Of a DNA stretch of 64,000 bases, positions 53,451 through 64,000 are shown piece after piece. A model generated the notes under the pieces. The model made no database searches. It saw only the letters and a program-made list of their open reading frames with translations, and was not told where the DNA came from. How positions within the stretch are numbered: the stretch's first letter is position 1; every line of letters begins with the position of its first letter. A program made the translations under genes and the position numbers. Origin of the DNA: Lytechinus pictus (taxonomy: Eukaryota). Where the stretch lies: positions 21,764,001-21,828,000 of the forward strand of contig NC_087245.1 of assembly GCF_037042905.1 (NCBI RefSeq), in the 5' to 3' direction.

Positions 53451-54433
53451 CAGTGCGTATCAAAAAAAGTTTACACTTTGAAAAACCCCTGATAAAAAAA
53501 AATATACAACATGTGGGTATGTTTTTCACATATAATATTGGGTTTGGGTCTCATCTATCCAATGAAAGTAAAAGTTTTGACAAAATGTTACACTTAAGAG
53601 AGCACTGTCCATTTTTGTAAAGCTCGCAGAAATCTGTTTGCGCAGAAATGCTCGTTTTCACGCTGTATCAAGGGGAAAGGGTGAAATCAAACTTACCCTG
53701 CGAAACATTTCTCATACATTTCCCTTGCACTTTTAGTCAATTGTAATAAAACGGATACATTCAAGCATTTTGTAACAATTTTGCCACCCAAATTGAAATT
53801 TCAACACTTAGTAAGCACAACCTTTACCCTTTTTGTGCCAGCTGGATCTGAGGACATAACTGAATCTGAACAAACGTTTATATCAGACATCTCCAGCATT
53901 TTTTCACTAAGTTTTTATCATTTAAAGTGGGTTTACATTATATTTTTTATTTAATACTTGTTTTTCTACACTTTTTCTAAGCTTGAAAACGATTAACAAA
54001 ATGAAAATCAAGCCTAAGCAATTTCATGTAAATCACAGCTCAGTGTAAAGCAAATATCGTCACGATGGCCTCGGTGTGTGGGGAAGTGGGGTGGGGCGCA
54101 ATGCACTCTTCGAAGTGTTTTGGGCAAGGAAACGAGTTACAAAAGGTAAAAGATATCTTCAAATCAATTTTACTAGCTAAATTCCATGTGTTCTTCATTA
54201 TTATGGTCTACTTTTATTCTCATAACTATTTCAAAGTTCTGCGCAAATTTTTTTTCACTAACTTTTCAAAAGTAAGTGGTGCCCACTCAAGCGGAAATAT
54301 TTTTTGACAGTTATATCGTCATTTGCTTAAATGGATCTGTACCAATGTTAAAATGTGGAAAAATCTTCAGGATATTACAAATGTATAATTTTATGGGATT
54401 TTTCTAAGTGTAAACTTTTTTTGATACGCACTG
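53451..54433 (+). mobile_element. Tc1/mariner-like MITE (copy 2)
   Basis: Same TIRs, TA TSD and internal sequence as 23336-24313. Confidence 0.88.
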
Positions 54434-56856
54434 TATAATCATTATAGACCAAATGTATTAAACCAAATGGATGTCAGACGATGTGGATATCAGGGAGTTG
54501 GAACCCCCTGTGGATATAACCTATAACTGTAACGAAAATGTGGTAAATTGGATAAGTGGCCATTGGATCAATAAGTGGTTGTAGACAAATTAGGATAATA
54601 CAATTTAAGAGGGGATCAACAGAAAATAGCCAAAATGGTTGTATGGACCAAGAGATAATTAATGAATGAAAATATGAATGATTCTAGGTTTAGTCATACT
54701 CGAAATAAATGGGGATCCATTGATCAATGTGCCCAATACCATTCGCATAAATCCATGAAGATAAATTTGGAGTAATGACAAGATATTGTCAGGCCAACAG
54801 TACCCATCATTTGGGGCTTTCTTCGTCAAACTTGTCTTGAAGTTCTTAAACTTAATTGCCACGCCACAAATAGTGCAAATTTGAAAGTTTTTTATGACAA
54901 GATGTAGATTAAAGAAATAGACTTCCCTGATTGCTAGCTGTAGTAACATCAGATACTCTTTATTGTCGCATTTCATAAGTTGGGTATGCAAAAAGGGTGG
55001 CGTATGAACAATTTTCCACACGGTGCCATGGATAAATTGTTGCTACATCACAGCATCTTGACCAAATTTATTGAGTAATATGTCATTTTGAAGCTAGAAC
55101 TATAGGCTAAATATATTACTATGAATTAGATCAATACAATGTCAGGAACAAAAACTATAGCACATTAAGTTTGAAGTAACAGGGTGGCGGAGCCGGTGGA
55201 TGCGGTAAATTATAAAATATTAATGAAGCCTAATTAACAACTTACTATAATATGTAATATGACTGTTATCCTCATATTTCTGGGCGTTTTAAAGCAGGGA
55301 ACAACTAAATGTCATAAAAATTTGACAATTTTGAAAATATGCAGCAATGGAATACATGTGTATGTCAGCTCTGATCTGCAACCTAATCAATTAGTAAACC
55401 GGAGAGATTTGGTTAATTATCTAATTTGTAATCTTGATTTTTAGTACAAATGTTGTGTATCATTGCAACAAATATTTCTACCCATGATGTCATTTTGCCA
55501 AGCATATAAATACAGTGACAGGTATTTTTGGGGCAAAAATGTGAAATTAAATACTGTTAATTAATTAGTATAATTTATGCATACAATAATAGATAATTAT
55601 GCGATTTTTGGTACAGATTTAATTATTGATGTTTCAAGATTATAACTGCAATTTACTAGGGTGATCCAATGTTGCATTAACTTTTGACACCATTTTATGT
55701 GCAGCAGGTCTAATTTGAGAAAAACACATTTCAAAATTCACATTTACATTGACGTCTATGTAATAATTAGCTGTTAATTAGTAATTTTAAGGAAAAATAA
55801 AGGTATTCGAGACTTCAAACTTTTCCATTATTTAGAGAATGGTAATAGCTATAACAATTCAAAAAATAAAATTTTTGACCATTTTTACCCTGTTCGCGAA
55901 ATTGGACCACCTTATGACATGCGACCATATAGCTAGTAAAATGCAAAATTTTGGTGAAAATATACATTTAATTTCTAACAAAATATCTTTAAAAAAAATG
56001 CCCAAAAAATTTCCTATATGCACTTTACTTGTTTTTTAATTATGTAATTCTTTTTTTCCGATCAGTTAGATCATAAATAAATAAAATAAATGCATTTAAA
56101 CCAACAAAAGTATAATAAACTATCATGAATTTATTTATTTATTTTATTTATTTATTTCTGATATTTTGACAGGGTATGATGTTTGATTGAGAAAAAAAAC
56201 AATTTGCATTGACTTAGTACACGGAATCACATTAAAAAACAATTTTGGGTCTGACATGCACTTACCAAATGTCAGGTAATTTTGGAACCGCGTACCCGCC
56301 GGGCGCGAAATTATTTTTCCCACCGCAGTTCCGGACCCCAATATGAATATTCATGAATTGCGTCTTCGGAATAAGAGTACGCATGCGCGTTTGACTTCAC
56401 TTTACAAAATTGGGGTCGTTTTGGGTTGTTCATGTTCCATGTATGCCATGAATGAATCAGCACTCTCAAATTTTCGGTACCCTTATAGGCTTCAACAAAT
56501 CCAATTCTTAAACACTTATCAAATTGCCATTATTGACCAGACAAAATGCTAGGCTAGGCAAGGCTGGCGAGGCTAGGCTAGGGCATTAACTTGACTAATA
56601 TGGACCTGTCTAATATGCCTGCAGTCGAATAATGCCATGGTTAATTGAGAATTGGTTAAAAAATATAGGTAAAAGACAGTAGATCTCGTTGCAGCAAGCA
56701 ATTAGACTTTCTATTTCATAAGAAAGTCTTTTGAAACAAGACTAAGAGACTAAGTACCAAGCTCATTGGTCTAACGTAAGTCTAGATGTACAACCGATGA
56801 CTCAATAAGTCAAATCTACAAGTTACTAATGTTTTTTTTTATCTTTCCCTCTTTAG

Positions 56857-56904
56857 CAACGGCAAGTATGTTCTCCCAGCCAACATCTAACAGGACGGAT
56901 GATG
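56857..56904 (+). CDS. Receptor gene exon 7: short S/T-rich stalk (ATASMFSQPTSNRTDD)
   Basis: Strong polypyrimidine tract ending ctttag, donor G|GTAAGA, 48 bp, phase 1-1, open frame. Confidence 0.7.
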
Positions 56905-57123
56905 GTAAGAATCTGTTTTAAACGGCAGTTGCTAGCATGCCACATATCTATATCTTTAGGCGGATGATGCACATTGCCCTGGGAAGGGCTGTGCTGGGGG
57001 TGATGCGTGTATTATTTTCCATAGGCAGCACCCCAAGAAATTGAGATTATAACTTATTTTTTTACTAATATCTACGCATGCGGCTTTATTGTGAAAATGA
57101 TATTGTTTTAAATTAATTCACAG

Positions 57124-57277
57124 AAAATGGTCCGGTGAAAAGTCGTCTCGGAATTTCAGTAGGCGGAAAAATCGCAATCATCGTCTCCATTTTTGTTATC
57201 GGCGCCATATTTTGCGGTGGTCTCTTTTTGCGGAAACGGCAGAAAGAAGATGATAATGGAGATGAAACATCTATGGG
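57124..57277 (+). CDS. Receptor gene exon 8: transmembrane helix
   Basis: tcacag acceptor, GG|GTAAGA donor, phase 1-2. IAIIVSIFVIGAIFCGGLFL is followed by the stop-transfer RKRQK. Confidence 0.88.
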
Positions 57278-57717
57278 GTAAGAACAACTTCAAATCATTC
57301 TTATTTTGAAAAGAATGCAAATTTTTGTGAGAATAATTACTAACCAAATCAAACACTATAATGAGAAAACGTAGAATATCACAATTTCACTTTCACCATT
57401 TACTTTTCATTTATCACTTTAGCTCAGAAAAATATAACTTTTACTTAATCGACATTTCCAGCACACGTCTATGATTATTATATGAATAATACTGAAATTA
57501 GCATGCCACTGGACACATATGTCCATTTTATGGATTAGCACTTTTAAAAGTTCTTATTACAATACTTTTTGCACCATGCTATATGAGTATATAAGCAATT
57601 TATTTCTAAAACGAAACTTTTCGCAACAATTGTTTTTTTAATATGATTTTAAATGAGCCATTTCTTTTCAGATTAATGCACTAACCTGCTACTATTCATT
57701 TTTCATGCACCTCATAG

Positions 57718-57786
57718 TTGCACATTCAGGTCATGTGATGCCGGTGATGATCAGTGTTGTCGAATAAAACGTGTTATTCAAGGCAA
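57718..57786 (+). CDS. Candidate optional cassette exon, Cys-rich juxtamembrane peptide (CTFRSCDAGDDQCCRIKRVIQGK)
   Basis: Branch-like actaac and ctcatag acceptor. 69 bp, phase 2-2, open if the weak donor AA|GTATTG is used. Confidence 0.3.
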
Positions 57787-58391
57787 GTATTGCTTTTAAA
57801 TGCAAGACCGGACGGTGGTGGCGCTGCAGAGAAGGGGAAACCAATCCTCGTTATGATTACAAAGTTATCTGAGAAGAGAAAATAATGAGACGCTTTTAAT
57901 TATTTTCCTTAGAAGATAAGAGTGAATTTTTTTTTTAAAATTTGTCACAACAGTAAGCCCAAATAGTTGTCATAATGTGTTCATCTGTTCTACACTACGA
58001 TAATGGTGAGGAAAAGGGGTGCGAGTCAATTTAATATTTTCTTTTTAAAACGCAAATATTTTATATCATGTATATAGTTGGTTGTTTGTTTCCCTTTATG
58101 TGGAAAGGCATTGGAGTAGACCTCCAAGTACTCCAACCTATACATATTGAGTATTTATAGTGTATACGGGGATGTGCCGCTAAGAACGTTTATTTTTTTT
58201 AATCAAGAAAAGGGGTTTCCTTTCACAAAAAGTACTTAAATATTGGCTCGTTCAAATTAATAAGTTATCATGATAACTTGAATATATAACGATTACTTAA
58301 CGCAAACCTACATGGAAGTCGGCATGTGATTGTAAAAGAAATGTCTATGTGAATGATCATTAAGGGTTGTAAAATCCCATTTCAATCATAG

Positions 58392-59391
58392 GAGTCTTTG
58401 CCAGCTGTGCTCTTTCAACACCAAAGGAGAGTCCCATGGACCTAGAAGATCAGAAACCCACAATCCAGAAGGAACGTCAAGATTCCATCAACCTTTCTGG
58501 ATCCCTTATCCTACAGAAGTCATCGAAAATGAATACGAATGTAGCATAAAGACGGAACATCCTGTGACCACAGATTCGCCGGTGATAATCCGACAAAATC
58601 AATCTTCTCCCTCCGACTTGACAAGTTTCCGTTCTCCAAATTCTACCAGTGACGCCCCAAGTCAGGAAGCTTCAGGTGTGGAGGAAAATTACCAGTCCAT
58701 CTCCGACTCGACGATTTCTATCACGAATGCTTATCCGTCAATGCAGGCTAGACCAGGGTTAGTTGAGACAAGCGCTCACTTGCGTTCTGTAAACGCTCGA
58801 CCCCTCCCTGACCGACCAGTAAGCGAAGATCGTCCTTACGCTGAACTTGACACCGAGGATGACCGTGCGAATGAATTTCCACCTACCAGGGAAGAACAAA
58901 GCTATCACGATCCTCTATCTCTGTGGGCAAGTGATCCGAATCTTTTCAGAAGATCATCTGTTGTTGGACCCCATCCAAATGAGGTTCCTCCCTTAACAGT
59001 AGGTGTCGATGATTGTGCCCGGGTGGTCCAACCTGGACCTGAGCGAAATGGAATTCCCGATGAGGTGATTTCTGAAGGTTCAGTTGATAATCATAGTACA
59101 CATGAGTATGAATATGCATCCATCCCAGGCGATCATTCTATGATAAGGTCTCTAAGGGGGAGAGGGGCTCAGAGTCAATTATCATGCTCTGACAAGAAGT
59201 ACTACTCAATCCAAGGCCCTCTTCTTCAAGGTGAAAGCAAGGATGTCCAGGCTGGTGAACATCGTTATCCTCTAACAGGAGAACCGCCATCACAAGGTCC
59301 ATATTATTATGGATTGGAACCTGATGGTATGATTCAAAATCCATTGTACAAATCCCTGGAATCTTTTTTTATAGTTTCATCACTTTCCTAA
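58392..59391 (+). CDS. Receptor gene terminal exon: long cytoplasmic tail with tyrosine and proline motifs
   Basis: tcatag acceptor in phase 2, matching exon 8. 1000-bp open frame that includes the 275-aa track ORF and ends at TAA 59391. Confidence 0.85.
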
Positions 59392-60491
59392 CCATGCTTT
59401 AACTGATCGTTATGATACTTTTTTTTCAAACTAGAGACGCTGAAAATGTCCGTAAATACTGAAGTAAAACAGAGTAAATAAATTTGTTTTTTAAGGGGCG
59501 TCATCGGGGTATTTTGAAGGGGGGGCAAGACGATTATTTTCATTGGGTAATTTTAATTAGTATTAATTTTCCGGGGCTTCATGCAAAATTCATGCACGAA
59601 ATCACAATTTCTGGTCTAAATTAAAAAAAAAAATTATACGGTATCAAAAATCTTTTATGTCCTTTGCTCACACTGTAAAAATTGAAATGACTGAAATACA
59701 AAAATTTTCGTTATTTATCACTGCATTGTTATGCACGCTTAAATAACTATATGATAAAGCTTTATTTTCAATACTACATTCATGACATTGGTGTAATAAA
59801 ATTAAGACGGATATATATTAATTTGTGAAGCTGATTGGAGTACTATATGCAACCTTCTTTGGATTCTCGTAGTGCATCTCATGTTTCAATGATCCAAGAT
59901 ATTTATTTAGAAATGTATAAGTTGATGTTTGGAGATATATGCATCCGAAGAAAAAGATCCGTGGAGCCGAATTCTCTATGGTGTCTACTTTGAATTAAAT
60001 CATTGGTTAGTGTCAACGACGACCGTACTGATATACGGCCAGCACTCAAATGCGACCATAAAACTTTTGCTAAAATTGGAATTCGGTGGTGTAAGAATAG
60101 AGATTCCAGCTTCACCAGGTTTGTTACAAGGTTTTCATTATTTTTTTAAACGGATATTTATATTTTTGTTATCATCTTGTTCAGAATGCCTTCTTGGTAA
60201 AACTTTAGCTTATGAAATCTATACTCAATAAAATGTTACATGGTTGATCATGTTTGACAATGTCTTTCTTATTCACATTCTTGATCAGAATGAGATCTAT
60301 TTCGAAGGTAATTTTTATAGCACTACCTCACTTGTATTATTCATTTTACATGTTATCTATATATATTTATGTAAAAAGAGCAAAGGTAGTTCTAATCATA
60401 ATTATGTACATATCTAATTCAACGATTGAATGAATATATGTATTCACCTCCTCGATGTGATGATCCTATTTACATATTTATATTCTTGCAT

Positions 60492-60532
<41 letters not shown>

Positions 60533-63500
60533 TTACAGCATTTGTTTGTGATTGATTTACCAGTGTAAAATTAAAAATAATAACAAAAGAGGTAAGAAAG
60601 AAAACATCTTTTTGATACAATTTAATTTCTTTCCTCAATTAAATAATACTAAAAAACTACAATTAAAACATAAAAAATAATTTTTAAAAATAGCTTTAAA
60701 AATTATTGAAAATGTGGTACATACTTATAGTGGGTTATAGGGTGATTTTGTATGATAAAATCACCCACTGTCATAATGATGATGATTGATAATAATAATA
60801 ACATTCTTATTTTTTTTTATAATTGTATGCATGCATACTCCACGTTTCACAAAATAATATTGTACAGTATGTGATATGAATTTATAATCTAGCAACAACA
60901 TCGGGGAAGGCGCCAGGGTTTTATGATAGTGAAGGAAGACGACCTATTAAGATGTAATAAGTTATATAACACAGATGTACCATGTTTCCCTTGTCTTTCT
61001 ATCATTTTTTATCTTTTTTAACTTTCTTTTTAACGCGCTAACACCAACAGAAAAAAAGCATTGGGTAGCCCCACGTTGTCGCGCCTTCCCCCTGTAGCTG
61101 TGAAATGCATTTATGAAAAAAATGATATATTGTTAGTTTACAAATGTTACTATGTAATGTTTCAATCCCCTCTCCCTCTCTCTCTCTCTCTTTCTCTCTC
61201 TTTATACACAATTTATACCTATTTGATATATTACCCTAGTAAATAAACTCTTCACGTGAATTATAGTGTAAATTTTAGTCATGAATATATTTATCTAATT
61301 GACTGATTAATATGTTGAATTGCAGGGGCCTTGTGTAGCTCTTGTAGTGGATAATGTATATCAGCATGTTTAATGTAATAAATAACATTTTGTTTCTTAT
61401 AAATTTCAAACGTGTGATAATGTGACTTGCTATGTTTTCATATTAGAAGTTTAATTTTGGTGGGAATAAAAATGATATGATTCAAATGATTAAAGTAATA
61501 AATTAATTAATCATATTAATTCATACACGACAAAAGAATGAAGAAAAAATAATAAGTCAGAAACTCCGTTTTTACATTAGTTCATTGAAAGAAAAGTTAA
61601 ATAATTCATGAAAAAATAGAAAAAAATGTAAAAGAAACTAAAAGACATCGCGTGAAGGTGATGCAAAAGTCGTGAGTGAATTGTAATGTTTAAATAGTTG
61701 AAGAATTAATTTAAAAAAAATGAATATCATTAAAATATAGAAAAGAGACATTATGAGAGTTGTACAGTAAGATAAACAGAATTAATAGGACGTTATGTGT
61801 TTAAAGCATTTGAGTCAAACATTCAAAATGACGAGAGTTGCCGTAATGAATGAATGGAAGTAGATTTTAAGAGGCAAATTTACGAAGAGTATGGGAATGA
61901 GTCTGCGTGAAGAAATAGTAGAAGTATAGAAAGACAAAATGATGAGATAAAGTTATTTAATCTTTAGGTACAGATACGGGTCTAAACTAATTTGTACTGG
62001 AAAAAGACGAAGTCCATCATGATTATGAAATTCCCTCAGAATTTTTTTTATCGGAATTCATAGACACACTACAGAAACTAGTGATTCACCCTTAAAAGGC
62101 ACTTCAGACCTTTTATACGTGAGTCCATTAGGAATAACATAAATGTTAAATTTGTGAAAAATATCTATGTTATTAGTTCGGGAGAAGATGAAGAAGAGGA
62201 AAGGAAGAAGAAGTGATCAAGTGAGAAAACAAAACTTGGAAATGATATAAATGGTAAATGTAGGGAAAGTACTGATATGAAACCATTTCATTGATGATTT
62301 AGGATGATTACCAACACAATACAGAAAGATCCACTACTGGAATGAGGGGGCAATCCATGGACAAAGAACATGAAGAAAATTTATGAAGTATTGGTTTCTT
62401 TAGTAGCACACTTTTAACAATTGTTAGCATAATTATCTGAGTTTACTGCGTTTAAAACCCAACGTGTGAAAAAAGGTGAAACACATTCATGAAAGGTAGA
62501 AAGGGCTAAATTAATCTTCGTAAGGGACGAAGAGTGATAGCATTTTCAAGAAGGATGGAAAATGCTGTCACTCCTTGGCCCTTTTTCCAACCTTCTCCGT
62601 CCTTTCTGTCCTTTGATTTATTTTCCTATTTATTTTTTTAAAGGAAAAAAGAATATGAGAATATAGTCTTGGAAATGAATATTTTTCAGGCAACACCTCA
62701 TAGTTTGGGAAAATATGTTGCTGTACATGTTACATTCCTCCTTCTACCATGTCTACCATCTCCCTTTTTATCTTTTGATTAGTGGTTTCTTTTTACAGAC
62801 CGTTTCGATACACCACTGACTCTGTCTGCCGCCCTCTTCGTCGATATTCGAAGAAGTGATTCGCGACAGACATGGAAGAAAAATCCTAACAAGCCGGTCT
62901 TTTTAAAAGTGATCCGTTGGAGTCTGAGTCATGGGATTAATCCCGGTTTGCATTCATAAACAGCACTATTAGCTAACAAACTGCCGGTTCATGTACCGCA
63001 CAGTGTATTTTTTTTTTTGGACAAGTTCATGTTGTGATGTGGCATGACATTTATTTGCACCTCTGTTGGAAGGTGTTTGTGAAATATATTGTTCTGATTT
63101 ACACGGAAAACGAAGACTCGCCTTTCCACCTTGCTGCAAAACATTCGGAATAAATTTATTTTCTTCAACTTATACCAGTACTTGCGACCTGCAGAGGATA
63201 TTTATTGCACATGTAAGTAAATATTTTCATTGTTTATAAAATGGGATATCGCGGCAAACAATAATTATATACTATCGTTATTTTTGTAAGGAAGTGACCG
63301 CAACAGCTGTCTTTCATAACAATCTTTAATAATGTATGATTGCCAAGATTAATTATTAGCAGACGTTACGCAGTTGTACTGCAAACGATTTTTTTTTCAA
63401 AGTAATTGCTACAAATAGGTCTATTTATAATATTATCGAATTCTACCAACTGGCGCTGTTAGTGTCACCCCACACAAAGTTATCTTTAATTCATTCTATT

Positions 63501-64000
63501 AATGGAATTATTGATATCTGTGTATACCCATCCTGTAAGAATATACATATGTTTTATGCAGGCATTTTACTTCAACATGTAAAATATCTTGTGGAAAGCA
63601 CGAAGCCAAACGAAACATGAAATAGGTAGAGATAGAGGGGAAATTAAAAAAACTCCCACATTGGCACGTATATATTCAATTTTGCTGAGAAAATGAAAAT
63701 TAAGTTCCATGCCACAATTTCCCGTGAATTTTCAATAATTGGTTCTTTCCCATGCACCCCAACTTAAAAGTGGGTTGATTCAGTTCTCCTTTTTACAATA
63801 ACACCCTTTTCGTCTCTGTGAATGGATAAACTATAGTAACTTTATCATATCTATAGAGTAAGGTTTACAATTGAAACGATAATTATTTATGGTTGAAATG
63901 AGATATCATCACTTAATCGCGTTTCCATGGAGTTTTGAACATGCGGTGTCTGGTGTCCTCGAAAATTGATAATTTCATAAATTTTGCTGTAAAAAACATA

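Noticed and set aside
54659..55021. 120-aa minus-strand ORF
   Set aside because: No recognisable motif or splice support. Possibly a decayed TE.
62799..63212. Acceptor ttttacag and donor gtaagt bounding a possible exon of a neighbouring gene
   Set aside because: No continuous reading frame or recognisable product. Could be a UTR exon but cannot be supported from sequence alone.

Overview
AT-rich, repeat-dense animal genomic DNA. The repeat style and gene type are consistent with an echinoderm such as a sea urchin (inference). One intact spliced gene lies on the + strand. It has nine phase-compatible coding exons (ATG 20227 to stop 59391, 2394 nt, about 797 aa) and encodes a type I membrane protein: signal peptide, cysteine-free CUB, SRCR, WSC, CCP/sushi, TM, and a long tail rich in tyrosine motifs. 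Its introns hold a full-length but frameshifted DIRS1-type tyrosine-recombinase retrotransposon (29394-37504, - strand) and an 11-kb nest of DNA transposons. The DIRS element keeps its inverted terminal repeats and internal complementary region and carries gag, RT/RNase H, methyltransferase-like and YR regions. Many non-autonomous DNA transposons have readable TIRs and TSDs (hAT-, Harbinger-, Tc1-, piggyBac-, Kolobok- and Helentron-like). The most unusual item is a ~175-bp SINE-like element at ~15226-15400 whose head resembles the 7SL RNA Alu domain, joined to a Deu-like core. Most short ORFs in the track are spurious.
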